A stretch of 60,314 nucleotides of DNA, counting the filler, from Sphacelaria rigidula (lineage: Eukaryota): the NCBI GenBank assembly GCA_964200075.2. It is 6 parts of 6 records of this genome, joined end to end, with 100 filler letters (N's around TTAATTAATTAA, not from the genome) between each part and the next. Parts side by side here need not be neighbours in the genome. Positions count along the whole stretch, not along the records: positions 10,071 to 20,040 come from CAXNAA020007392.1; positions 20,141 to 30,109 come from CAXNAA020007393.1; 4 more parts are not named here. The stretch is one strand, 5' to 3'. The notes beneath the pieces were generated by a model, which saw nothing but the letters and a program-made list of their open reading frames with translations, was not told the DNA's origin and searched no databases. Shown one piece after another: positions 10,171 through 24,500 of the stretch (position 1 is its first letter; every line of letters begins with the position of its first letter). The position numbers and the translations under genes were made by a program.

Positions 10171-10520
10171 CTCATCCGCGCTCGCGCAAGGCGATGATTT
10201 CACTATGTAGTGTTCAAATGGTGAGACATCCATGAGCTAATGTAGCCTGCGGTTGTCTGTGGAAGTGGCCATACCAGAAAAAATGAATCAACTCATTCGA
10301 GGCTGTCATCCATAGGTAAGATAATCGGTACGGTTCAGGTCGAACAATCGTAGCAGGATGCAGCCCACTCCTCATGCGACCCGCCGAACACATGACGGCG
10401 CTTCGCGCTTGGTGATTGACTGCGAGCCTGGTCAGGCGAAAACCCGGCGTGCTCCGCCCCGGCTTTGTAGGGATGCGAGGTCAACGGCCTTATGACGACG
10501 GTACGCAAGATGATGAGTAC
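10171..10520 (+). repeat. Poly-C-flanked dispersed repeat ending in ATGAGTAC
   Basis: Preceded by a C run and ends gatgatgagtac-acccccc. Homologous to 42-292 and 29870-30109. Confidence 0.8.
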
Positions 10521-10747
10521 ACCCCCCCGTGCGCGCTTCTCGAGTCCGTCTTCTCGAGGGATGAACGCAGCTCTTCCCTGGTACCTGCCTTGAAACTGCC
10601 TCATGGAGCGTCGGTTCAGCACAGGCCCAGCCAGCCTGTCGACTTTCATCGATTATTCTTGAATCTGTTTCCCGTTTCTCATCGCCTTTGTTCCTGTTTA
10701 TTTTATCCCGTTCGTTTATTTTTATCTTGGCACATGTCTCTGATCAG

Positions 10748-10852
10748 AACGATGTGGAAGTCGGACGTGTTGGCACAGCAACAGCGGGCGATCGTCCTCA
10801 AATATTCGGAGATGCTGAAGCACGTAGCCGACGCACCAGCCATGAAGCAGGG
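10748..10852 (+). CDS. AGC/PKG-like (pseudo)kinase, exon 1 of 7 seen
   Basis: cag/gtgagt. TMWKSDVLAQQQRAIVLKYSEMLKHV corresponds to the subdomain II-III region. Phase matches the next exon. Confidence 0.75.
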
Positions 10853-11945
10853 GTGAGTTACCCTCTGAAGCATGGATGAAGACAAAGCGCGGCAACTCCA
10901 TGACCAATTCAAACGCGTTCTGTACCTAAATATATATGTTGGTGAAAGAACGAGCATAAGAACTATATACCCTAACCCTGGGTGAGTGTGAAACAAACAC
11001 ACAAGAAAATATTGTTTTTTTACCTTGAGTAATAATACAATCATTAAATTCAAATTAAAGTAGTAATCTATGTCTGGGTTTTGGTTGTTTGGTTTAGTTT
11101 TTGTTTCTGGACAAGAGGAAGGCAAAATGTTGGCAAGGAAGCTCCATGTCTATGCTGAAGTTAATTCAACTGAAAAGTACCTGTTGTTGTTTACACCAAC
11201 TGCTTCGTCTCAGCTTTTGCCGAATCAATGGGGCGCACGAGCGGTGCCTGTGGTGGCAGAGGACATCCATCGCCTCTGAGGCACCGGAGCGTAGAGTAAG
11301 CAAACATATCAAACATTCTATACTCGTGGACCCGCGTCAAATATGGGGGTCTAATCAGACGGCATTAGCAGAAATGTGGGTGTTTTTTTGCTCTTTCACA
11401 ACTTTTATAAAGGTAAAGTTTCACGTTGGTCGGTGATTTCACCTGCGATAGGATAATGTTTGCCACCACGCCCCGGCGATAGCTCTCTCGCAACCGCAAA
11501 GCAGGGTGGTTCAGCACATGCGATTGACGCCCGCTAATTCTTGAGTTGCTGGCTTTTACGTTTGGGGGATGATCTACAACTGGCCCCCAAAGAGTATTGT
11601 CAACACCGGCATGGCTCCCAAAGTTGCCGAAATGTATCACCGGAGGGTGCTTTTGAGTCAGGGGGTGGTATCTAGAAAATGCGTATGGGTGGTATACTGT
11701 GTCACATACGATCAGTACAACGGCGTGCACTTTTGGCCGCTAGAATAGGCGAAATGAGTGTTGAGTACGACAGCTGGAAGTCCTGTGCGTCATATTCCGA
11801 TGTCAGTTTGCATCGCGCTCTTTTTGTTTTCCACCGACACAAGCAGCGAGCTTGTTACTAACAGGTGGTCGTTGACGGCTAATATGTTCGCTCACCTTGC
11901 TAGGCTGCTGTTGCTTTTTGTTGCATTTTCGTGCGCTATTCGCAG

Positions 11946-12035
11946 CTGTGTTGCCGTGCCTCCTTTGGTGGGTACGTACAACATGGAGGCTAGCCTGCAC
12001 ATTTTGCACCAGGTGTCGGTCGTGTGCACCCTCAG
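11946..12035 (+). CDS. Pseudokinase exon 2
   Basis: cag/gtgagt. CVAVPPLVGTYNMEASLHILHQVSVVCTL, subdomains IV-V, phase 2/2. Confidence 0.8.
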
Positions 12036-13873
12036 GTGAGTTTATCTACACAAGTTCATATTGATTTAATATCATGTACATGCTGTATCTCGAACTAGCA
12101 TTATTCAACTATATAGGTAAACGAAGGGATTTACGGTATCGCCCCAGACCTTGAACAGGACGGACGGGGGTACGGGGATGGCAACACTTCTTTCGACGCG
12201 TTTTCAATAAATACAAAAAACTGATATGAAGCACCGGATGCAATGGTTTTAACGTCGGATGGTTTGGTTCATGTCTAAGGCATTTTTTACGTGGTATTTT
12301 TTAGTTTTGGTTTTGTCTGCCAAGGGCTCATCGCGTTGACGTGTAGCCTTGAGCACTTGTGTGGTGCATTGTTGTTGATCCTGGAACTGCAGGGTGCTTT
12401 TTGTGTCATGTGTGTGCGTGTCTGCTGTTTTGCAGGGTCGTGCAGCTTTTATTATTCGTTTTTGTTGCGTCATACGTCAAGTTTCTTTCAAGGCACGTAC
12501 GTGGGACGTGTTCACTCATTTCGTTTAGTTCTTCCCGTTTGTGCCCCCAGGCCTTCCTTCTCTCGTGTGTGCCTGGTGACGTCTTTCGGTACAATTTACT
12601 ACCCAACATATATGCATTTCACGCTGATCAATGTATTTTCTATGCGCTCAATGCACTCTTGGCTTTTTGAAGCGAAAAATCGCGTTGCTTTTCCCTCGGT
12701 CCTTGCTTGCGCTGCACGATTGGATAGTGACGAACTTCCACTCGAACGCATGGCACTTGTTCTCTTGTCTTTTTTCGGTGGTACTCGTATTTTTGTGGCA
12801 TGGTTTGCCGCTGGACATTGTTTTGTGCACTCAATTTTAGTTTTTTTGGTTGGTACACATGTGGGTGACGGCAATCGATCCATTTGGGCGCTAAACCTCC
12901 GTTGAACCTCCTCACGGAACAAAACTTCCGACAGACGTTTTATGAAGCTGTCAACCCTCTTGGCGCCCGCGACCTTCCGTTTCAATAATGCGGCGTCTGA
13001 CAGTCCCGCCGGTTATTAGAGGATAACCATAGCTTAGGCGTACGTAGTCACGAACAGATCGGGCGAGCGCCAAAACGAAGTCATGACGAGCTCTAGTTCT
13101 TGCCCAGTACGTTCGAAGCAGCTCTATCATTTTTCATGGTTGAGCGCGCGGTACTGTGAGACATTTTCTTAGATATTTTAACGCCAACGTGTTCGAAACG
13201 CAACAGCCGACCGAACTGGCCGTCTCTTCTCCAAGTCTCAACGCCACGAGCTCCCACTCGGCTAGCAGAGGTCTGTGAGGGATCTGTGAGGGGGAAACGC
13301 CCAACACTGCGGTTGTCTGTGCGTTGCTCGCGTGTGTTAATTTACGTCCGTCCTGCTGTTTGCTTCGGCAGTGTGAACGGCAATTCTGCAAACCTCAGGC
13401 GCCAAATCATAACAGCATCCGATCACACCCGCACGCACCGCATGTGCTGCGCGGCGGCCTTTTTCGTGTAGGCGTTATTTCTCCAATTGTACCTCCGAAA
13501 CCACGACGGGAAAGCAGAAGTAATGCGGCTTACTATTCTAGTATCGGGCGCCATGAGAGTATACCCAGACGCTAAGGCTGAGCGGCTTCTCTCTGCATAC
13601 TAGCACCGCCCCTGATGGCAGCATGCATACCGTGTGATTCGTGGTACCCATTTCGTGACTGATGTTATGTGTTGATCGTTTAACCAAAGCTGTTGTTTTT
13701 TCACATCTTCAGTGGTTACCATATTTTTGGTCCACCTCAGGGGTTTTGTGTCCCGATGACTCAACATTTTTATTTGCTATTGTTTTGATGACTTGTGAAA
13801 TAGGGAGAAATAAGTGCAGCATCACCTCCATTCCCATGCTTTTGTGTCGATTTGTTTACCTTCCATGAAACAG

Positions 13874-14017
13874 CTCCTTGCTCGAAGAGAAGGGCGCCAT
13901 CCCACAAGACGTGGTGCGACATCTGACAGCATGTATCGTGTTGGGTCTTGAGGCGCTGCACAGCTGCGATGTGCTGTATCGAGCTCTGAGTCCGGAGCTG
14001 GTTTTCCTCGACAGCAG
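13874..14017 (+). CDS. Pseudokinase exon 3 (GC donor)
   Basis: SLLEEKGAIPQDVVRHLTACIVLGLEALHSCDVLYRALSPELVFLDS, subdomain VI. Ends AG|gcaagc. Confidence 0.88.
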
Positions 14018-14509
14018 GCAAGCGCTGAGCCCCGGTGTGCTCCATCGTATCATCCCCCCGTGTGTATACGCGTAGGTCCTTGTCACCCTATTCTTCCCAT
14101 GTTTTGCCCTGACCTGCTTGGTGCACGTTTGGTGGTGTTCGTGTGTTCAATTAATTCCTTGTCTATTGTGTTTTCGTGCCCGTTGCGTGAAAGGTATGTC
14201 TGTCTGTGTGTTACCTTGGATGCATATGCACGTGGTGTGCCGGTCATGTTTTTCGTGGATGGTGTTCGTTCCTTGTCTTGTTTTTCCAGTCACCCTCAAC
14301 CCCTCTCCTATGGTGGATGGCATTCCGCAGCCTCATGTAATAAACTCATCTCTGCGTAGGTATATTTGCCTGCCTGATGTATTCTTACTGAGGATTGAAT
14401 GTTGACTATAGACTTTCGCAGCTCGTCGACTCTCTAGATTTGATTTGCCCTGTTGCGTACGCACACTCTCGACGAACGAAACCAGCTTCCGCCTAACAAT
14501 ACCATTATA

Positions 14510-14576
14510 TGTCGGGATCGGAACCCGCAGCCTTGCACGTTAACGGGCTCCCGGTGTGCGAACTAAGCCACTAGGG
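14510..14576 (-). repeat. tRNA-derived (SINE-like) fragment
   Basis: The reverse strand has A-box-like tggcttagttcg and B-box-like ggttccgatccc at tRNA spacing, but no intact cloverleaf. Confidence 0.4.
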
Positions 14577-15484
14577 TACAGTATCACATAAAGTGCGTCT
14601 ATGTGTTCGTATGCGCCGTGGATTTTTGCATATATATATGTCGTAGAGAGTGATGCTACGGTAGGGTTGCACAAATATTTTATGAGGTTGGAATTGTTGA
14701 GAGCCATTTATCTAATCCCAAACACGACTTGCTGAAAATATGTGAGAGTACGCCAGGATTACTATTCCAATATGCTGGGAATATCCCGAATGGATTTGCA
14801 CACGGGGATGTCCTGACCCACATTCTTGTGCATCTAGAATCGTTAGGAGCCCCTGAAGTAGACAAGATTTCGCGCAAACAGTGCACTCCTATCGTAGCAT
14901 TGCTCTAGAGCTCATCTCTGTGCTAATTATCGGTAGTGCTCCTGTGTCATCTGTTATATCTGTTTGCGAGATATTACTCATGTGTGTGTTGAGGTGCTGC
15001 ATGACGTCGTTACTTTTTGCGCGTGTGCTCTGTTGTTACCATTCACTTTTTTCATCATTGTGCATCGTTATTGGCTCTTTGGCCGTCGGGGTGGTTCTCC
15101 TGTTGAATACACATTACATTCCCTGAAAAATTGCTGTAAGATTGCTGGTGACCTACCCTGGCGACCAAAGGAAAATATGGTGAGATCCTATCGGAATATT
15201 AATTCCTTATTCATGTAGCTTGTGATCAACATCCTCTGAAAGACATTTCACGAAAAGTCATTCAGAGGTTAAGCAGACCGGCCGCAGAATCGGCGGAGTA
15301 AATGGCGATGTATAGCCTAGTACAGTCAGCGAGCAATCTGCTGTCGAGTGTATTGAAGGAGTGGCACCACGCCCGACTGCTGAAGTTTTTATTAAAAATT
15401 GAACACTAATCGTTTCATCGGAGATGAGTGCAGAGTATGATTTGCTATGATGTTGCCGTGCTATCGTGTGTACTGCGGTGCCAG

Positions 15485-15581
15485 GGGCTACGCGGTGCTT
15501 ACGGAGTACCGGCTGGCCAAGCTGGGTGTGGTGAATGCCTTCACCATATGTGGAACTCCCGAGTATCTGGCGCCGGAGCAG
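15485..15581 (+). CDS. Pseudokinase exon 4
   Basis: cag/gtgaat. GYAVLTEYRLAKLGVVNAFTICGTPEYLAPEQ carries the AGC activation loop TxCGTPEYLAPE. Confidence 0.92.
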
Positions 15582-16953
15582 GTGAATTCTGCTTGTGACA
15601 CAGCCGGGCATGATGAGTACGTTGTAATAAACTGAATCATTGCACACGTCATACCGGCCGCATGGTGGTGCATGGCGCTGTAGCATGTCTTGAGCATCTG
15701 AGTTGAAGTTCGTACTCGTGTGCATTTGGTGTGATGTCTACATTCGAGGTTGGGAGGAGGGCGGGGAGTGTAATGTATCGGTTGTTATTGGCAGTCTTCC
15801 TCTTGCTGTAGTGAATTCTTTCTTTGCTTTACTGCTTGTGAAAAAAATAGAGTCAGTTTTCGTTTTACAATTTTCTGCACATTTACATCTTCCGTGTTTG
15901 CTTCTCTCCATACTAATTTCATCATGACTTGATCAACTTGATCACCACCCTTCCCCACGAGCTTGTCATTAGAACCCTGCTTGGTTGTTCCAATACTCTC
16001 GTCTTCATCCCTTATCCTGTCCTCATCCTGTGAGGGGGTGGAAGGCGTACGCGCAGTGTGGAAGTGAGTACATTGTTGGCTAAACACTTGCGGCAGGATC
16101 ACGTTCTACGATCGCCTGGCCCCAGCTAGAGGGTCGGGATCGCAATTGAGTCGATCAAACACACATACATCGACGCATTGGAGCATGACGCACTGGAAAA
16201 TGGCACACGCACCGTCAGATGCATTCCGGTAAAAGATTTGACATTGGTGTCGAAACCGAACGCCGACTCAGTTCGCGCCCTGAAATAGTGGACGACGCCT
16301 CTGCTGTTGTCGCTGCTGACAGAAACTTCTTATTCAGTGCTTCAGTTCCCAGCTAAGCTGACTGTTGAGGCAGCTTTGACCTCCCGAACGTGTATACTTG
16401 TAAATGGCACAACAGGTATGAGACCATTCGGCAGAGAGTCAAGTACATCACTCGTGCAATTCGACTTGTTGAGTGTCAGACAAGACTTCACCTGTTTTGG
16501 CCGGGCATTCAAGGGTTTCGAATCTCGTGGTTTGCCTTGGGTCATGTCCTGGGCCCGTGGAGTGGTGTCATGTGCGTCTATATTATGTTGTATATATATC
16601 TAATGCACACAACGCACGTACCTGCAGGACTTAACGGCTACAGTTTGCCAAGAACATCATTTCGTGCGCCTTCATAGTCACATCGACGTCATGCGTCGAC
16701 ACTCACCACACACGAAATACACACGCACACACGACCGCACAGGTCACCGCGTAAAATTTCGAGATTTGAAGGATAACGCCTCTCGAAACTATGATACTCT
16801 CAGGTGAAACCATAGCTTGCAACACTGCACAAATCGGACGGTCAATTCTCTGTGGAACGCTTCCATATATATATATATATATATATTGTATACAATCCGT
16901 TCGTTCTGTTTGTAGTGACCACACCCTTGATATTGCCGACATCGTTCGCGTAG

Positions 16954-17106
<153 letters not shown>

Positions 17107-18674
17107 TGATCAGCACACGATTTGGCGCCGTATAGTTAATTGATAGGGTTCGGCGCCCGATTGGTCAGCCTCTTGCACACTGAGACCTGGCTAAATGGAT
17201 CTCACAAGGACCACTCGAAATATGTCAAGTAGTGCCTTGTTCTCTAAGGTTACACAATGAGGGGTTAGGAGTGGCGAAAATACGCGGCATATTGTCATGG
17301 GATAGGAGATGGAAGGGGTGCTTACAAAGTGTAGAGGGGCTGCTCAGCTTTGGCGTCGAGGTTGACTGCGCTGAAGATCAGATGGCGGTAGTATTCCGAA
17401 GGGCGACCTCGCGCTCAAAGGCTCGTATCTTCGGCTCATCACAGAAGAACGAGGAGGGGCGAGACGACCACGCCTCAAAATACTACGGACGGGGCGGGTC
17501 AACCCTTTGAGAAACGTCCGACAGGACGAGGTAACCCCTATCAAATCGACAGACGGGACATCCTGTGGTATACCGTCCCGGCCGTCGTTCCGTGGCAAGT
17601 CCTGCTTGCGACCACTCGGGCGCGCGATGCCGAACAACCACTACAACACGTGACATACACTGCTTCGTTTGAAAAATGGATCATGGACCGGGGGCTGGGG
17701 TCTATCGAGTGTACACAGTGTGTCGTCATCCGAGAGTAGCGCTGACGAACTGGGAAGAGGTATTTCGTTGTGGTGTCGGTGGTACAGGCATCGAAGTACA
17801 CTCGGCGTTAGATATTGTTCCGATAGGCGGTCTTGCGTTCATAGGCTTGAGGTGGTATACCTCAATGAGGTGGTTCGTGGACTGTAGAAAGTGTTTATCT
17901 GGGGGCGAAAAATGCTGTTATCAAAAGATGTACGGAGAGCCTTTGAAAACACGTTCACCTCTTGATGTACTCGTCTCCCGTGATGCGTCATGTGTGTGTT
18001 TCTCTGCGGATGATTCGGACGTCCTGTGGAACAAAGGGAGTTGTGCCTGTTACAGATATTTGTTGCAACCCGCTCCATGTTCTACGTGGATTGTATGCTT
18101 GTTTTCTCGCCAACGTTTGGGAAATACTTGCTCCAAACCGGTGGAGTTTCCAGCCGTGTTTGGGGAAGCTGTTCTAAGCTGGTACATACTCTTGACAACG
18201 TCTGCGCGACTTGTTGCTGTGCACGCATAATCTTTTACGTATGCTCGGCACAAACGTTGTGGAGTGACGAAGTGTTTTACCGCTGTGTTCTATCGTGTGC
18301 TTGGGATGGATTCATTACACGGTATATTTAATAGTTGCGGGTATGCGGCAACATGTGACGTATGGGTGCATGGATTACAAGTGTTTTTGCGTGCCCTGTT
18401 TACTGTCCTGCTGGCTGCAACAGGCACGCCTAGTAGTTACGTGTATGTTTGACGTAACTGATGAGGAGCAAGTTCACATGAAACGAGCCTTGGTTTTGAC
18501 GAAGATTGAACATTGTTATACGGTACTACACGTGGGGTGAGGCGGATCGAAAAATGTCAGGATTGCAGGAACTGCTACTCAAGAGCGCCGAAGAATAAAA
18601 GGCAATGTTTTGCATCAATTTGTTCCAACACGCTTCTCTCGTCTGCGTGTGGTGCGTTTGTTTCCATTCGACAG

Positions 18675-18798
18675 CGGACTCTGAGATGAATATCTACAAC
18701 AAAATCAGCTCGCACCGGGCGGGCATGCTGGAGATTCCGACTTCATTTTCACCGGCACTGGGTGATTTCTTAGATCGACTACTTCACCATGACCCAGA
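18675..18798 (+). CDS. Pseudokinase exon 6
   Basis: cag/gtgagc. DSEMNIYNKISSHRAGMLEIPTSFSPALGDFLDRLLHHDP, subdomains X-XI. Confidence 0.9.
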
Positions 18799-19420
18799 GT
18801 GAGCTTTTTTACACGAAATTCCGTAAAGTGAGAAAACGTTTTTTTTTTATGGATTGCTGCAGCACGACTTGAAGTCTACGCATGGAGCTCCGTAGAGTGA
18901 TCAACAGTCTTCGTAGCTCGGCTGCCTCACGAAGACTCGTTGCGTAGATTAGCTGGTAGTCATGGGTGGAAACCCGTTGCTGCATCATGATGTTGAGTGA
19001 AATGTTTGCGTTAAATTGACGCATGCATGCAACATTGCGTAGCAGGCTTGGTAGATTGACTGCTGCACCGGTGCTGAGATGGACAGCTCGACGCGTGCAG
19101 AAAAACTGCTTTATACCGCCCACAGGGAGTCTTCCCTTCAATGCATGACATGGAATGCCAAAAATACAACGATCCGCCTCGAGTTCCGCACCCGTAATCC
19201 TTTTTTGTTGAGGCACGACACCGTGGCGACTGATCGACTTTGCCTGCAGTGGGGCGTCACTCTCGGCTAACAACCCGCCGCATGGCGGGGTACCCGCTGT
19301 GCGGGGTTACACGTGACAGCGTATATACACGGCCTGTCGGGCTTTCACCTACATGTGCCTGAGCAACACCCATTTATTGTAACACGCATCTGTTGTGCTG
19401 CTTTCGCGCTTTTTGTGTAG

Positions 19421-19526
19421 GGAGAGACTTGGGTCCAAGCCAGAAGATCTATCCGCGATCAAAACGCACCAATGGTTTGCTGGTTTCGATTGGGGAGGGG
19501 TACAGGCCGGCGAATGTTACAACCAG
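19421..19526 (+). CDS. Pseudokinase exon 7
   Basis: tag/gtgatt. ERLGSKPEDLSAIKTHQWFAGFDWGGVQAG matches AGC 'RLG...IK.H.WF..fDW'. Confidence 0.9.
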
Positions 19527-21535
19527 GTGATTGGACGGTGACAAGATTTTAGAAACATAGTCTTCGCCTGCAAGCTATATATCGTGTTTTTGAAATGGCG
19601 TCGTGCGACATATCGTGTCACAATTGTGGAAATCAGTTTGAAAATTCGATGTTGTTCCTGAAAGTCCGAGTTTGTTTTTTGTGGTGGGTGGTCACTTTCC
19701 TGCTATTCTTGTGTGCGGATGAATCATCGTGCAATTTCCGTGCTTCATGTGTGCATTTTTATTTTCCGTTGTTGACCCCAGCCATTTGCACGACAGCAAG
19801 TCATCTTCCAAGTTATGATTTGAGTGCAGAGTAATCTTCTCAAGTCGTTTCCGTCATTTTGTTTACTCATCTTGGTGGCCCATTTGAAGTGATTCAGAGG
19901 GTTCTGTGGTAGAGCAAAGTTCATCGGAAGAAATTTGAATCTCAGCGCTTTTTTTCTGGTGCGTAGGCCGGATGTTATGGCACACAGATTTTTGGCCCAC
20001 GGATTGTTCACTTTTGGGACGTTTGACCCACCTTTTGACCNNNNNNNNNNNNNNNNNNNNNNNNNNNNNNNNNNNNNNNNNNNNTTAATTAATTAANNNN
20101 NNNNNNNNNNNNNNNNNNNNNNNNNNNNNNNNNNNNNNNNGTGGAGCGCGCCCTCTTTTTTCTCTCTATTTAAAATATATTTTTTTTTTTTTTCCCCCCC
20201 CCCCCCCCCCTCATTAGTCTCCTCCGCTCTTTTCTCCCACATCTGTTTCTTCCTCTTCAGCGAGCGTTTCAGCTTTGTTTTATCTCGGGTGCGTCTGTTA
20301 TGTGAACACGGCTGGGTCTCTGGGGGTGTCAGTTAAAATGCCACAATGATTCAATCCTAGGGCAATCTCACGGAACAGTCATTATCCAACGGTGGATATT
20401 GGCGATGTTCCTGGCGTTGTGGAAGCCGTTACGCTTCCCAAAGACTAGGACGAACGCCTCAGTTTTCGGCTGTGCATGCAGAGGCCGTCCCTTCCTGCTA
20501 GAGGCATTATTACATTTTTATACAAGTAATGGAATAGGAGTAGCAAGAAGATGAGTCGGGCTCAGCTAGTTCTCCCCCCCCCCCCCCAGCTTTACATGGT
20601 TGAATCCTTCTGGATATATTGAACCCTATTGTGAATGACTCTGTAAACCTCCGTGAGCACAGCTCGAACCCAGACCATTACTGAGGACCCTGGGACAATC
20701 AACTTGAGGGGGTTTAACCCTTGGATTACGAGGGCAGTCCATCTGGAATATGCATATTTTTTACAAGTGGAAATGATGTCGATTCATCAGATGACCTACT
20801 CTCGCTGTCTAGGGGTCAACCCTTTTGACCGCGAGGGTAGGTCACCTGCTGAATCGGCAATACTCACTTGAAACAAGTATGCGCGATCTAGGTGGACTAC
20901 CCGCACCACCGTGCAAGGGTGAAGCAAACTCATTGTGAGCTTTGCATGGATAAACCCTACTGGACTTGTTGAACCCTGACTCCGTAACCCTAGCCGTAGC
21001 CCTGAACAACCCATCGCATGCTGAGGACCCTAGGGCAAATTAGTGTATGGCGAGGACTTGAGCAAAACCTGCGTGAAGTCCACCGAACAAATTAGTTTTG
21101 ACCGAGTTTTTTTCTTCAATATCGGAAGCCTCTGAGGCCTCTGGGGGGGGGGGGGGGGGGGGGCCGCGCCCCCTTCACGGTACGTTAGGCTCCCGTGGCA
21201 GGGNNNNNNNNNNTTTTCTTTTTTGGGTGGTTTTGCTGGGGTTGTTGTTTGTTTTTGTGTCCTTGCCTGCTTCCTGTAAGTGTAGACCTCCTGGCTTGCG
21301 ACGGGGATTGCCGGTGGGGCGCGAGTCTGACCCTGGTGCCATGCTGCTACTGTATCTCATACCCCTCCTCCTAGCAGGGAATTCCGGTGCTGCTGCCGAA
21401 TCGACTCGTGCACGTGAATATCAACTCGGACAGTGAAAACGCAACGTGCTCCAATGTGCCACCTGGGGACGTGGCTAGGCAACGGGGCCAGAAAGGGGCG
21501 ACGGTGCCGCCAGCGGATTGTACAGACCGTTCGTT

Positions 21536-21536
<1 letters not shown>

Positions 21537-21574
<38 letters not shown>
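21537..21574. repeat. (CA)n microsatellite
   Basis: Directly visible. Confidence 0.95.
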
Positions 21575-21579
<5 letters not shown>

Positions 21580-24500
21580 AACTACCAGTATGGCCGTTGC
21601 GTTAATTCGTTCAGTAGAGTACTGCCGGACATGCATACCGTGCATCAAGCAACGCAGGCACATTGTAAAATCCGGAAGAAATACAAGACTTTTTTTTTCA
21701 CCATTAGTGAAGACGGAGCAGGTCACCCGCTCGGTGAAGTTGTTGCAGACACATGAAGAAACAAGTGTGCCTCGTGAAAAAAAAAGAAGCGGAATGGCGT
21801 GCATCCACTGAAGGAGCATATCGGTCATGAATAGTCACAGGTCAATCTTTCACGCGACCGTTCGACCAAAGGGGTTATCAAAGGGGTTATCTGGGTCTCA
21901 AACTCATTCTCCAAGTGAAAATGATGAAATGATGCCGATACAGCGCGATTGGTTTCCCGCAGTGGGCGGCCAGAGGGTTCACGCTCTGGGTAAAACATGT
22001 GTCACGTGGCACACTCAGCAAACGGAAGCGACGACCTGAATGCCCTGCTGACTGTACCACTTCATCATGCTATAAAATCGTGAGCGGTATGCCGTGCCGT
22101 TGCCTTAGGGCTACGGTGTGGGGGACGTGGAGATGGATTGGGAGGTACTCTTCCGAAGATACGACATCGCATTCATGGTACCGTACTGTCTCCAGTTCTG
22201 GATACTGTTTGTACTTGCCCTGCGTTTCCAACGGTCCTTTCCGTCAGTTGCGATTTCCATTTCACAAAATGTGTGCGGACATTCCACCTTCTGGGCGTGA
22301 AAGTTATATGATCTGCAGCAACAGCACCACAACAGTGGGTGCCAGGCGGTCATGGTCGGGACATATAGCATAGCTCTAGAGAGGAGTAGAATGCGGCGAT
22401 GGTTGCTGCCTTCACGGTGTGTGCGGTCCTTGAGCAGCACGCACAGCACGGCACAGCTTTGTCACAGCCGTATGGATGGAACTCGATCTCTGGCATCAGC
22501 GGGTACGCAAGTATCCCTACATAAAGTAACTCTTACGGTACACTTGGTAATTATATAAAGTTCATCCCGACCGGAAGAGTCCGTTCTAACAGTCCCAGCA
22601 TGGTACAACTGTGGATACATGTTTTGAGCGATGCATGGATCTTTCGCGTTTCGCGCCGGCAGTCTTAGCGCCTTTGATGGCGAAGGAGACGATCATGAAC
22701 GCACAGACACCCCAACAAACCCACCTCGAGCCTGTCCACCGGAATCCGCTTCACTCTTGACGCTGGCAGTAAAACAGAGGAGGCAGTACAGCGTAGAATT
22801 CCTCAAATGCCGATGTACCGACAACTTGTGCCTTGTGTTGGTAGCCTGGCAGAACCGCTGTTCGTTTCACCGTCGAATTTCCACTCCTCCTAGATTGTAC
22901 ACCAAACAAGATACTTCATCGATTGAGGTCAATCTATACTATGACAAAGACAACTGATAACGCGGCAGAGTCACTCGGCATCTGCTGCTTCAGGACTGTC
23001 GATACCACCGTATGCCTCAATTGATGATTCAGGCCAGCCAGACGTTTGAACTTTGAAGCTTCGAGTCAAGACCTCTATACTGTACTAGCAGTTACAAAAC
23101 GTCATGACCCACTTCCACTCACTCGCTACAATTATTTTACTTTTTGTTTTTCTTCATGACTTAATACAGTACAGTACTCGTAGTCTGGCAATCTGTCCTG
23201 ATGGCACACATATATAAATAGTATAGCTTATGGGACACGTGCTATATGGCAAGAAACATCAGAGAAGTATACAGAAATGGACCAATGGGTATGGCAATAC
23301 TGCTAAATCCAACATTGCAATATATTGCGACCCTTTGAGATGTACTTAACGTAGAGGGAGCTTCGACCGAGAGGATGTAAAAAAATAAGTTGGAAACAGC
23401 GTCGTGGGAAGGGGAAGCGGGGTGAGGTGTCTGCCGCCCAGATCTTTCACAGGCGGAATTCTCATTCGGATTGACAGTACGACAAAACAGAATTAATCCA
23501 AAGATGCAAATGAAATTGGGTGTGCAAGTGATCAACAAAGAAAAAAATCATCTGCCTTTCCTCACTCCTTGTATTGCACGCGCTACTATCATTGATGATG
23601 ACGAGTGCGATAGTCCAAATTTGAATTCAAAGAGGATATCTTACAGCCGCGGGTATCATCAAACTTTTTTTAATGCTATAGTGTTAACGAGAAAAAACAA
23701 TTTTGGAAACAGTCGGTGTGTGTTTCGGCCCACGAGCACAGAAGAACGCGAGACTGAACCCTCAGACAGAGATTGAGGGGCCAATTATGGCCTCTCGAAA
23801 AGTGCAGGAGTATGCCCTGAAGATGCAACGCGACAAGAGAAAGGCAGAGGTGCAGATTTATAAACAAAACACCAACAAAGTTCACATTTGCACTGTGTTT
23901 TGAACGAACCCTACAGCCCTACAGCCATCTGCAGGTATGTAGGAACCCCCCCCCAAATAAAATGAACCTCGGTCCCCGAGAAGAAGCTACACCGTGTCGC
24001 CACAAACTGCGCCCTGCAATAAATCATTGAAGACGCTTCGCGCATGACAGTGAGTGGCTTATTGCCGTACGCGCGGGCGCGATTCTGATGAAGATAATGC
24101 TGAAAACTGTTGCCTCACAGACAGGTTTCGAGTTGTCGTTCTGACCTTTTTGGCCGCAAGCTGCCTGGTGAGAGGTTCGAGGGGGCGTTTTAGTCTTCAT
24201 TGTCTGAGACTGGGTAGCTGACCCATTCCCGCTGATCTGATATGTACAGTACACGTAGTAGGCCGATGCGCTGCAAAATTTCTTTGCCTTGTTGTCATAA
24301 GCATGCTATTTCGTATGTCGAAGGTTACATCTCAAGTTGGTTAGTCGTGCACATCTGCGCTGGCTCTGCAGTTCACAAATGCCTCCGATATTTCTACACG
24401 ATACGTTAGATACCACCCTACAACCCGGATGACCTGGAAATGTGTCCAGTTTTTGGACGTACATATACTCGGTACTGACGTTACAGTTGTCCTCACTTGA

